From an uncultured Planctomycetota bacterium (lineage in GTDB: Bacteria; Planctomycetota; Planctomycetia; Isosphaerales; Isosphaeraceae): a stretch of DNA of 64,000 nt. The first letter of the stretch is position 1. Each line of letters opens with the position of its first letter. The position numbers were made by a program, and so were the translations under genes. The stretch is from the NCBI GenBank assembly GCA_963845755.1, contig CAWJTV010000029.1:320001-384000 (forward strand). Reading direction: 5' to 3'. The notes beneath the pieces are model-generated. The model made no database searches and had not been told where the DNA came from. It saw only the letters and a program-made list of their open reading frames with translations. Below are positions 9,544 to 20,390 of the stretch, piece by piece.

Positions 9544-10779
9544 ATGCGCGCGGCGGGTTGGATATGGTTGGTGCAGCTCTTTCGACGCCTCTGCGTACCG
9601 GCCAAGGGGTCGCGCGTCCGCGCCGCGAAACTGCGGAAGACGACGCCGGTTATCGAGTCCCTGGAGCTGATCTCCCTGCTGAGCGCGGGCGGCTCGCCGA
9701 TCCGCGCTGCCGCGGCGCGACTGCATGACTCCAGGCACGTCCAGATCGCCGCGCCAGTCGCCGGCACGCACGGCACCGAACGGAACGGCATGGCGGTCGG
9801 CGCGACGCTCCAGACCCTGCCGGCGCAGACGGCGTCGCTCGGCAATACCCAGACCAACTTCACCAATCAGCCGCTCTCGCCGGCCTTGAATCTGTTCAAT
9901 CCCTCGCTGGGGACGCTGGCCTCCGTGGCGGTGGTCCAGTCGGCGACCCTCCAGAGCAACATCACGTCGCAGAACCTCAGCACCACGTCGCCGACGGTCA
10001 TCACCGCCAGCCTCTCCGGCAGCTACCAGCTCAACGGCCTCAACCAGCCGATCGTGCAGCCGACCGAGACGACGTCCAGCCCGCCCATGGCCGCGGGGGT
10101 GCTCGGATCGGGAAGCAATACCGTCACGTTCCCCGCCCTCCAGCTTACCGGCTCCTCGACGACGGTGTTCTCCGACCCCGCCAGCCTGGCGTTCTTCACC
10201 GCCTCGTCCGGCCGGACGACCATCACCCCGACGATGACGGCGACCGCTTCCGCCTCCGCGAGCGCCCCCAATGGCAACCTGTTCACGACCACCCAGTCCT
10301 CGGCGTCGTCAACGGTGACCGTCAGCTACACGTACCTCCCCCCCTCCTGTCCGACCATCGGGACGATCGGCCGGATCGGCGTGCACCACCAGCGGACGCT
10401 GCTCGTCGTCCCGTTCCACGGCACCGTCAACCCGACCCTCGCCGGGACTCCCGGCGACTACAAGGTGATCACGCGGACGGGCAAGAAGATCCCCATCATC
10501 TCGGCCGACTACAACCCCGCCACCAATTCGGTTACCCTGAGGCCCGCGGTGAGGCTCAACGTGCATTATCGCTTCAAGCTCTCGGCAAGGGTCCCGTGCC
10601 CCGTTAATGCCGGCAGCGAGGTCGTGACCATCCCCTTCGGCACGAAGTATTCCCTCATCGGATTCCACAACCACCGGGGCCAGTTCGTCCCTGTGCACAA
10701 CGGCAAGATCGAGAGGCCCGACCCCCGCCGCCGGTTGCATCGGCCGGGCTCGGTCCGATCGACCTCGTCTCGACCGTGA
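9544..10779 (+). CDS. extracellular protein with choice-of-anchor E-like domain and C-terminal Ig-like domain
   Basis: Leader IESLELISLLS, LFNPSLGTLASVAV, STVTVSYTY, and a C-terminal RIGVHHQRTLLVVPF...YNPATNSVTLRP domain. Confidence 0.75.
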   Translation: MRAAGWIWLVQLFRRLCVPAKGSRVRAAKLRKTTPVIESLELISLLSAGGSPIRAAAARLHDSRHVQIAAPVAGTHGTERNGMAVGATLQTLPAQTASLGNTQTNFTNQPLSPALNLFNPSLGTLASVAVVQSATLQSNITSQNLSTTSPTVITASLSGSYQLNGLNQPIVQPTETTSSPPMAAGVLGSGSNTVTFPALQLTGSSTTVFSDPASLAFFTASSGRTTITPTMTATASASASAPNGNLFTTTQSSASSTVTVSYTYLPPSCPTIGTIGRIGVHHQRTLLVVPFHGTVNPTLAGTPGDYKVITRTGKKIPIISADYNPATNSVTLRPAVRLNVHYRFKLSARVPCPVNAGSEVVTIPFGTKYSLIGFHNHRGQFVPVHNGKIERPDPRRRLHRPGSVRSTSSRP

Positions 10780-11281
10780 GCCAGATTCCTTCGAGCGCCT
10801 TTCGATTTTTCGCCGGGAGTCGGGTTGACGCGCTGCCGCGTTCCGGCTATTCATGCCGCCGGTGACGATCCACGACCCGACATGGAGGTCGCGGGGATCG
10901 GGGCGCCCGGGGATCTCCGAGGTTTTTTTGACGTCTCCCCGGTGGCGTCCTAGGTTGTCTCATAGAGGGATTGCACACGCGCCCAAGAATCGAGACCGCT
11001 CCCATTCCGCGGCTTGTGCTCCGTCATGCGTGGACCACTGGAGATGGTTGAACACTGATCGATGGCGATCCTCGGGCCGTCGATTCGCTCAGCCCGGATG
11101 ACGATTGCTTCCTTGCGGGCGATCCCCAGGGTCTGCTTCGGGGTGGGCTGACCAGGACGTTGACCTCGTGCTCACAGACTGAACTCGCTTGCCAGGCGTG
11201 GCTCCCCGCGGACCATCCCCGGATCGCACTCCGCGCGATGCTCGAACTGGAGGGGGAGCCTCCGTAGCCAAGGACTCCAAG

Positions 11282-12212
11282 ATGGACCGACCAACGATCC
11301 TCCTGCGCCGTTTCTTCCCCCCGGCCGACTGCCGCCCTCGTCGCGGGTTCGCGCGCCGCGGTCCGGCCACTGGAAGGCCGGCGACTCCTGACGGCGACCC
11401 CCGCGGTTTCGGCCACGATGACCCAGACCGCGACATTCCCGGACCTCGAGTCGTATCCCACCGTGAGTGACCAGGCGCTCCTGTACTTCGCCGCGACGAT
11501 GGGGACTTTGACCGAAGTGGACCTGGTGACGTCGGGGTCGTTCCAATCCCAGTTCTCGGCCGAGAACCTCGGGTCCTCGAGCCGCACGATCGCGGGGACG
11601 ACCACCGGGAACCTGGCGATCAACGTCCCGACGGGGGCGGTGCCGGTGGCCATCCCCTCGGTCACCCAGACGTTCAACGCCACGGCGTTCGACGGCAAGC
11701 TCGACGACGACGGGAGCAGCGGCAAGACGTTCGCACCGGTCACGAGCGGCGCCACGCCCCAGAGGATGGTGTTGACCTCGCCCGCGGACCTGGCCGCATT
11801 CACCGGCCATTTCCGGATCCCAATCAGCGTCTCCGGCCACGCGACCGGGAGCGTCGTCCCGAATAATGGTGACGTCTCCAGCGCCTTCCGGACCGATACC
11901 TCCGCGACCATCACCGTCACCTACCATTACATCCCGAACCTTCCCAGCCTCGATCCGCCGGCTGGAAGCCCGCCGACATCCGCCGGCGGCGGTGCGACTG
12001 CAGCACCGATCTCCTCGACGGCGGCCACACCGGGCACAGTCGGCATCCTGACCACATCCCCCCTGCCGGTTGTCTCTTCGACCCAAGTCAGGAAACACAG
12101 CTCCTCCCGGACTCGGCTCTCCTTCCGCCACAACCCGAGACCGCTCGACCTGGCCCGCCACCGCCCGACTCGGTTCGCCCTCGCGCATCACCATGGCCCG
12201 GGCCCGAATTAA
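11282..12212 (+). CDS. extracellular protein with choice-of-anchor E-like domain (one frameshift near 11355)
   Basis: ATG 11282 (MDRPTILLRRFF) joins the frame reading PLEGRRLLTATPAVSATMTQ. Also FAATMGTLTEVDL, FDGKLDDDGSSGKT and SATITVTYHY. Confidence 0.75.
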
Positions 12213-12525
12213 CGCTAACCTTCCCCGACCTTGCCGATGGCTGCGAGATCGCCGAGGATTCGTCCCGCGTCATCGAGGAATCGCTCGCGGAGATCGAAGG
12301 TGACGGCCTGGCCTTGCGAAGGGGGGTTCGGGGGGGTGAATTCGCCGCGACTCAGGGCGTGCGCAATGCAAAAGTTAAGCGCTCTCGGAAGGGAGCAACT
12401 CCCTCGACGACTTCGGCCGGGGGCCGGGGGCCCACCTGCATCATTTCGGTCTTTCTTAACTTGACGGACCGATACTCATGTGTCACGCTAAGAGTTTGCT
12501 CCGAAAGCCCGCGTAGCGGGCGGTG

Positions 12526-12706
12526 TTGCCGCAGCCTGGGGCGTCAGCCCCAGAACCGAGGTGCCCCCACCATCTCCTCCCGCATAATCTCCCACAGTCC
12601 CGCCGCAACCCCTGGCGCTGCCCGGGGTTGCGGCGGGACTGGTGCGACAGAGGAAGTTTGATTCTGGCATGCACACATCCTGGGTTGACGCCCCAGGCTA
12701 CGGCAA
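12526..12706. repeat. nested palindromic REP/MITE-like element
   Basis: Outer arms ttgccgcagcctggggcgtcagccccag and ctgggttgacgccccaggctacggcaa. Inner hairpin at 12595-12641. Confidence 0.8.
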
Positions 12707-12741
12707 GGCCGTCCCCATCCGGGGGCTCAGATAAGGTTTTA

Positions 12742-12750
12742 TGATACAAT
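12742..12750 (+). promoter_or_regulatory. candidate extended -10 promoter for the DUF4157 gene
   Basis: TGaTACAAT in an AT-rich patch about 74 bp upstream of ATG 12824. Confidence 0.4.
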
Positions 12751-12823
12751 TGATATATCGCACATCGTCGTTGTCAAGTTCCGCGACGACCGGACCTTGA
12801 TTTGCACCGAAAGGTCAACACCG

Positions 12824-14650
12824 ATGTCTCATTCAACGGGTCCGATCCAACCGCACAATGTCGGCGGCCCGTCGCGCGTGATTCAGGGCTACTTCCCCGG
12901 CGGACGTCCATCGATTCTTCAGGGGGCTCTCGCGCCCGCGAGTCCGGTTCGCCCGCAAGCACCGGTGGCGCCCCCGATCCAGGCCCAGCCGGCTTTTCCC
13001 GCGGCGCCTCGATTGCCCGCCCGTCCCGCCGCGGGTGCTGTTCAGCCGTCGTTACGTCCCGGTCATCCCTTACAACCGATCCTGCCGAACAAGTTCCAGC
13101 CCGGTGGCGGCGCCCTTCAGCCCGCGACTCCGCGGCGACCGCCAGTTCCCCAGCCGATCCCGCCGCAGGCCGTGCAAACGCGGAGCCACCTCCCCCAGGG
13201 GCCGGTGGTGCAGCGCATGGGCAACGGCGAGGCGTTTCCGTTGCCCGCGAATCTGGCGAACTTCGGCGGCGGCTCGGGTGGTCAGCCGTTGCCCGATCCC
13301 GTGCGGCGGAAAATGGAATCGTTCTTCAACACCAGCTTCGGGGATGTCCGCGTGCACGTGGGGCCGCAGGCATCGACGATCGGCGCGTTGGCGTTCACGC
13401 ACGGTTCGAATCTGTATTTCGCCCGGGTCAGTACAACCCGAACACGGCTCAAGGCCAGCAGCTTCTCGGCCATGAACTGACCCATGTCGTGCAACAGCGC
13501 ACCCGGGCGCATGCGCAATCCGTTTGGATCCGGCCTCGCTGTGGTGCAGGACCGCGGCTTGGAGGCCGAAGCCGAGCGGATGGGCCTGCACGCCGCCGCG
13601 CACGTCGTTCCCTCGACCGCCGCGGTGATCACGGCGAAAAAGGCCTCGTCCCCGCTCGGCATCACCCAGCGACCCGCCCAGTCGTTCGCGGGCACGCCGC
13701 GATTACAACCACGCTCCGTGACGATTCAGCCGTGGATGCCTGTTTTGGACTTCCTTCATCACAACCGACCTCTGGCAGGTGAGGATCGTATCGCTTACAA
13801 AAGGCGCGTGGAGAGGGTGTATAGGGAACGTAATTACCTTGTCACACGGCAAGAGATCAAGGACTTGCGCTCACGGATTTGGCAAAATGACGTGAGCTGG
13901 GCGCCTCTGGATGTCAATATCTCTCACGGTGAGTCGAAACACGGTAATTATTCATTCACGTTCGGCGAGGACACTGCGGCGAGTGCTTTCACGCTCGACG
14001 ACTGGAGCAAGGCCACGCAGAGGCCGGGCGGTGCTCGATTATTCGATCCAAGCATTATCTACGCGGATGTTTATTCCGCAATTCGCGGCTGGAACTGCAA
14101 GAAATCGATCCTTATCGACGTGGCGAAAAAGGTAATGGTGACGGCCAATGGGGATGCCTTGGTCGGTGCCGATACCTGGACGATCTCGCCCTTTTTTGCC
14201 TCCGCGAACCGACGCCGCGTGGTGCAGGTCGCAATGACGGCGGTTCAAGTTTTGACGATGAGGGAAAGCGAATTGCCCACTATGCCGGACAGCCTGGTTG
14301 AGACGGCTGGAGAGAAACGTCTTGCCGTGACTCCCTGGAACACGATCCTGCTGGAGTCGCGTAAGAAACTCAGGGAAAAACTCCTCGCTCGCACACCACC
14401 CCCGGCCAAAAGCGAAGATATCACATTCGTGGACGAGGTGGCCATCGCAGCTTCTGTGAACGCGAAACTGATCGAGGGTGGATATCTGACTGTCGATGAG
14501 GGTCAAATTAAACAGAATGCCAAAAAGACTAAGATACCGAAAGGTGGGGCTAAGACGTTCAATTTCACGGTCAATCATATTCGGGCTATAATCTTTTTTG
14601 ATTGGCTGTTCGTCGATGATTTGCTGGCTGGTGATCTCAGGAAGAAGTAG
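12824..14650 (+). CDS. DUF4157 (eCIS core domain) protein with unknown C-terminal putative effector domain; two frameshifts (~13422, ~13503)
   Basis: Joined frames read GQPLPDPVRRKMESFFNTSFGDVRVH..ALAFTHGSNLYF / PGQYNPNTAQGQQLLGHELTHVVQQR / GRMRNPFG..LEAEAERMG. Pro-rich N-terminus with VVQR and TIQP motifs. Confidence 0.85.
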
Positions 14651-14694
14651 GTCGTAAACCTGGTGAGGGGAGCCAAAGCGGGATATTCTGGGTA

Positions 14695-14964
14695 CATCCG
14701 GATCTGGCGCGCGCCCGGTCTTGAAAACGGTGGAGTTGTGATCTGGCCTCGCCCACGGCGAATCCTTGGCCCGAAGGGGCCGCAACATAACAGCCCGGGG
14801 CAACGCCCCGGGAACGGAGCCCCCAACGGGAAAATGCCCTGAAAGGGCGACACAGGTGCAGGCCGCCGGCCCGGTTTGTCTGGCCCTTTCAGGGCAGGGA
14901 TTGGGGTGGGCGACGCGTCCCCGGGGCGTTGCCCCGGGCTGGTTTGTCGGGGCCCCTTCGGGGC
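14695..14964. repeat. ~270-bp palindromic repeat element, complete copy
   Basis: Nested IRs ggcccgaaggggcc/ggccccttcggggc, gcccggggcaacgccccggg/cccggggcgttgccccgggc and gccctgaaagggc/gccctttcagggc. Near-identical to 63025-63258. Confidence 0.9.
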
Positions 14965-15146
14965 GATTCGTGGCGGCTTCGTGGTCACCAATTCGCGGCT
15001 TCCTGATCGGTCGGCGCGCCGAAAGCCGGATGGACCGGAAATCGGAGGGTCCGAATCAGGGCCGGAATCCAGTCTCCCTCATTCTGGCGTCCCTCGTTGA
15101 ACCCTATCCTGTCGGGCCGCAGCGGTCATGGGTGACCCGGCGGATC

Positions 15147-15197
15147 GCCCCCTCATCCGCCCTTCGGGTACCTTCTCGCTCGGCGGGTAGAAGCGGA
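15147..15197. repeat. degenerate REP-like element (CCCTCATCCGCCCTTCGGG-CCTTCTC type)
   Basis: Short hairpins in the intergenic space between convergent genes. Confidence 0.45.
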
Positions 15198-15321
15198 CGG
15201 CGTGCGCCTCCGCCGAAGGAGACGAGTTCGCGGCGAGTCCCCGTTCTGTTGGGGCCTGTCGGCGCAAACCCCGCTTCGAGATCCTCGATCCCCGCAGCTC
15301 TCGATTCGGGACGAGGGTCCG

Positions 15322-18300
15322 TCAACGTTGTGGTCGTCGTCCGTCGCCGGGCCGGGTGGCGGACTGGACCGGGACTCGCGGGTCGGGGAGGCCGGGTCCG
15401 GAGTTGGGGCGACGTGGCTCGTCAACGAGGTTGGGGTCGGGCGCCACGAAGCGTGGGTCTTCTTCCATCACCTGGATGCGGAAGTCGTCGAAGAACACCT
15501 CACCATAACCGGCCAGTCCCAGCGTCACGGAAAACATCATGTCGGCCGGAGCCTTGCGATAGAGGACCACTCGCGCGTAGCCGGCGATGGGATCGCTGGA
15601 GCGGTACTGGAACTGCTCGCCGCCGATCGAGTCGCGGACGATGACGCCGCCGACGCCCGTCGTGGTCGCGTTGGGCCGCTTGACCAGGACCGAGACCCGG
15701 ATCAGGTTATTCGCTTGCACGCGGATCGACGGCGAACGGATCGCGGCCATGGGGAAGTCCAGGAACGGCGTCCGGAGCGTGTCGAGCTCCTGGCGTTCCT
15801 TCCAGGTGACGGTCAGCTTGATCGAGCGATCCGAGTCGGCGATGACCTCATCTTCGAATCGGTCGTCATTCTTGCCCTTGGCCCGCTTGGCTTTCTCCTC
15901 CTTCTTCGCCAGCGGCGGCTCCTTGCGCGTGGCGAGCCCGACGGTGTGGACGACCTTCTCGCTCTGGAAGCTGACGTCCATCCAGCCCTCATCGGTGAGC
16001 GCCGCCTTTTCGTCGAAACTGCCGGAGGGGACGCGATTGGCCCCGAATCGGAATCCGGGTCGCCCCTCCACCCAGTCTTTCCAGATATGGAGCTGGGGCA
16101 GCGTGAAGTAAGAGATCCCCGGTGGGCACGAGATCGCCGTGACGATCACGGGGGGCCGCGGGAATGGCTTGGGGACGCCCCGCGGCAGCTCGGGAAGCTT
16201 GGGGTTGAAGCTCAACGTGGCCGCCTTGCTGAACTCGGCCATGGCCTGCTGCCAGTAACCGGACATCACCAGACGGAGCGGCCGGCTGGCCCGTCGTGCC
16301 TCGGACCAGGCCTGGGAGTAATCCTCGCTATCCCGGGCGGCCCGCGCGAGTTCTTGAGGAACTTCTCCGACTCCGCGAGGAGATCAATGGCATCCGGCGG
16401 CCGGACCGTGATTCCCGCCAGCTCGCGCCCCTGGATGTCCTTCTCGGAGCGGAAGAGGTGGCCGTCGGCCTTGAGCCGCTCGTGGACGTCCTTGACCGCC
16501 TGGTACTGGATCTCGGCTTGCCGGATGGCCAGCGCCACGGCTTGCGGCCGGATCCTCTGGACGGCGGCCTGGATCTGTTGACACAGCGCCATGTCGTTGG
16601 TGCAGAGCAGGAGCGTCGTGACGCCGAAATCGGGGAGGGTGATCCGCGTACCGCCGGGTAGGCGGTCATCGGGCTTGCGCTCCAGGAACCGGGCATCGCC
16701 GGGGCTGATCTGCAAGGCCTGGACGCCCGCGGGCAGGACGGGGTAGATCGTCAGATTATTGTAGGCCATCTGGGGCGGGACCCACTGGGATCCCCCGCGA
16801 ACTCGGAGATGAGCAGGAGCATGCCCCGGTTCTCATCGAGGAGGATCGGCGTGGCAACCAGTCCGTACTTTCCCGCGAATTCCTTGACCTGCGGCATGCG
16901 CCGCTGCATCACGTTGGCCGTCGTCGGCCGGGTCAGCGGCTCCGGGTCGAAGACTTCGTAGGGTTTGAGTCGCTTGACATTGCGGGCGAGGATGGGCTCG
17001 CAGAGATTGATCTCGGCGTTCAACAAGGTCAGCTCGATCAGGAGCGCCTCGCCCGCCGGCCGCGTCAGGTCGGTATCGCCGAGGAACGAGAGGCCTCGGT
17101 ATCCGGCCGCCAGCGCCATGTAGGTCATGAGCCGGACCTGCTCGGGCTGGACCTGCGGAATGCCCCATTCCGGCGGCGTGTCTTTGCCCCAGATGTTCCG
17201 TGCCACTCCCGGCGGCGCCGTCGTCGGGATCCACGCCCAGAACAGGGCCTCCGGGTTGGATCGCACCGTCAAGTCCCGGCGCTGGTTCAGATACGCGAGG
17301 CCGTCCAGGAACGATTGGGACGTGCCCCAGACCGGCGGCTCGATCCCGATGACGTCGAGGTTCGAAGGGGAGCGGGCATACAGCCGGTATTCGCCGTCGA
17401 TCGTCGCCGTGGCCAGGTGCGAATCCTCGCCCTCCAGGCCCCGCATTTCCGACAGGATCTCCCGGACCCGGTCGAGCTCCTGCTTGCGCACGGCCTCCTC
17501 GCGCTGGCCGCCCAGATGTTCGGCGATCTGCCAGAGCAATACATTCTTGCGCGGGGAATGCCGTAATCTGGTCGAGCACGGCCTTCGTCCCGTCCGCCTC
17601 GTCCAGGCGGGGCATGAGGAGGAAATCCTGGGCGACGGCCGCGCGAAGCTTCTGCGGATCGGCCTTCGCGCCGGTGACCAGGATGTCGAAGCCGGCTCGG
17701 CGGAGCTGGACGAGGTCTGCATCGGGAGCCTCGATGGCCGTGGGGAGCCAGCCGACATACCGTCGGTCCTTGGTGAGCCGCTCGAGCAAGTTCCGGGAGA
17801 GCCGGAAGGGGGGCAGGTTGGGCCCGCTACCCGTTGCGTCGGCCTGCGCCTTGCGACCGGCCTCGGCGGATCGGGCAGCGGAATTACGATCCGACCGGGC
17901 CGCCGCGAGATCGTGGGGCACGGGGGCGACCGTAAGATCGTCGAGGAAGACCTCGGAATCGCCGGCTCCGCCCATCAGGTTCACGACGACCTGCTCGAGA
18001 TACGCCCCCTCCAGGGGGACGGGCCTGCGGGTCGACGCGCGAAGCACCCGCACCTGCCGCTCGATGGCCGGAACCATGTCGCTGAGCTCGAGCATCTCCC
18101 AGCGATCGACCCGTCGGAAGGCCGTGCCGCTCAAGAGCACATAGGACGGCGCCTTCGTGTCCGGATCGACATCGGCGGGTAGCACGACCTTTCCGAACAG
18201 CCGAACCCCTTGCTTGTTCGCTCGGACATGCAGGCCCACCCTCGACTCGGCCGTGACCGGGACTTTCGGCAGGGCATAACTCACGAAGAACTGGCTGCCA

Positions 18301-18557
18301 TTGCCGGCCTCGAAGCGGAAATGCTCGGATTGACGCCCGCCGTGCGCCGCCCGATTCGACCGGTCGTGGACCAGCAGACGAATCGTGGTGTCGGTGTACT
18401 CCCGCACCCAGCTCGTTTCCGGGGTCTCGAATCCGTCGCGCAGGGTCTCGACGGCGGCCGGCTTCGGGTCTGGCGGCTGTCCCTGGGATACAGCCCAGCC
18501 CAGCGCCAGCAAGCTCGCCGCACCCGCCAACGTCACGAAACGACGTGTGAAGACCAT
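15322..18557 (-). CDS. large (~1080 aa) exported hypothetical protein, split by about 3 frameshifts
   Basis: Signal peptide MVFTRRFVTLAGAASLLALGWAVSQG with GGAGG upstream. Overlapping protein-like ORFs continue through 16751-17758, 16266-16769 and 15322-16269. Confidence 0.7.
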
Positions 18558-18666
18558 GGCTCGAGACCTCCCTGCCCGCGAGCCGAGGGGAAAGACGAGA
18601 AACCGGGCCGATCCTAGCCCGATCGCCAGACCTCGGGAAGACCAAATCCTGTCGGTGCTGAACCGC

Positions 18667-20345
18667 GGGAGCAGGAACGCTAATGTCGCCACATCCGGGT
18701 GTAGCCAAACGTCAATAGGAGAACTCGACGAATTTTGATAGGGTGGAAGGACGTTGGGGCAAGATAGCTTGATCATGGAGGATCGTCATGTTTCGCGGCT
18801 CGCCTACCGATTCGGCCCAGGATGCCCGTCTTCAGCGACTTCTCGGGATGGTCAAGGAAGAATTCTTCGCGGTTGATCAGACGGGTGCGGGGCTCGACTT
18901 CGCCACCATCGAGCAACGCGCTCACGAAGCCGGTCGCAAGGTGGCACGCCTGCTCTGCGAGCAAACCGCGTCTCAATGCGCCGAGTCCGCCGAGCACGAG
19001 CAACCCTGTCCCGGTTGCGGCCAGGCTTGCGCCGGAACCATCCAAGAGCGACCGCTGGAGACCCGCGACGGGCCGATCTCCCTCAAAGAGGCACGGCACT
19101 CTTGCCCGCGATGCCGGCGGGTCTTTTTCCCCCAATAGACCGCGCCAGGGCTTGGATCACCGCGGCTATAGCCCGACGATGCGGGCAATCCTGGTCGCGA
19201 TGGCCATCGCCGCCCGCTCGTTCGCCGAGGCCGCGAAATTGGCCGGCATCGCTGCGGAACTGAAGATCTCACCCCGCCACCTCCAGACGCTCTGCCAGGA
19301 ACAGGGAGGCATCGGAGTCGATGAGCAAACCGAGCGGACGACGGCCTATAAAGATCGCCCGTTGATGACGCCGACGACGGCCGCGAATCCGCCGATCGAG
19401 TTGGCCGCCGTCATGATCGATGGCGGTCGTATTCAGGTGCGCCAACCCGACCACGGGCCGGGGGTCCACGAGCCGGCTTGGAGGGAGACCAAGACGGCCG
19501 TCCTGCTGCGGATGAAGCGTCAGGTATCCGACGTCGATCCACAGCCGAACCTCCCCACGTGCTTTGCTGGACCTCTGGGATCGGCTGTCGAGCTGCCACC
19601 GGCGAGTGAATCGGCGACCCCGGCCGAGAAACCGGACTGGAGACCGGTCCCGGTGGTCCGCTCCGGGCTGGCCACCTTGAATGACAGCGAGACGTTCGGT
19701 TGGATGGCGGCTGCCGCCGCGGACCGGCGCGGCTTCTTCACCGCCACGGCCAAGGCCTTCGTCAGCGACGGCCTGCCGTATAACTGGTCGATCCAGCGTC
19801 GTCACTTCGCCGACTTCGAGCCGATCCTGGATTTCGTCCACGCCGCGGAACACGTGCACGCCGCGGCCAAGGCCACTGGCCAAGGCGTTGAGTTGGGCCG
19901 GCACTGGGCGGAGTCGTGCTGGGAAGGTCGCGTCGGGGACGTCCTGGGCGAGATCGCCGATCACCAAAGCCGGATCGATCCACCGACGAATCCCAAAGAC
20001 GACCCCGACCATCCCTGGTGCGTGCTCGATCGCGAGCGCGGCTACTTGGAGAATAATCAGTCGCGCATGGACTACCCGCGCTACCGCCGGGTCGGATTAC
20101 CCATCACCAGCAGCCCGGTGGAATCGTGGGTCAAGCAGCTCAACCAGCGCACCAAAGGGAGCGAGAAATTCTGGAACAACAACGCCAACCCCGAGGCCGT
20201 GCTCAACCTCCGCGCGGCTTGGCTCAACGACGACGAGGAATTCATCGACCAGATTCGCAACCGGCCAGGTCATCCCTACGCGCGGCCAGGTCGCGACACG
20301 CAAGCACCCATCGCTGCGTGAAAAATCATTAGCGTTCCTGCACCC
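18667..20345 (+). mobile_element. complete ISKra4-like insertion sequence (IS256-related DDE group)
   Basis: IRL gggagcaggaacgctaatg (18667-18685) and IRR cattagcgttcctgcaccc (20327-20345) match at 18/19. 9-bp direct repeat CTGAACCGC at 18658-18666 and 20346-20354. Confidence 0.92.
18788..20321 (+). CDS. ISKra4-like transposase in two overlapping frames (orfA 18788-19138 plus a -1 frame to 20321)
   Basis: orfA has CPGCG and CPRCRRVFFPQ. The downstream frame has IDGGR, SDGLPYNW, ILDFVHAAEH and LPITSSPVESWVKQLNQR. Confidence 0.9.
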
Positions 20346-20390
20346 CTGAACCGCTCTCTCGGATCGATGGTCGCCTGCCGATCTCCCTGA

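Noticed and set aside
14766..15320. ORFs across the palindromic repeats (also 20276-20744, 23178-23723, 63094-63282)
   Set aside because: They are translations of repeat DNA.
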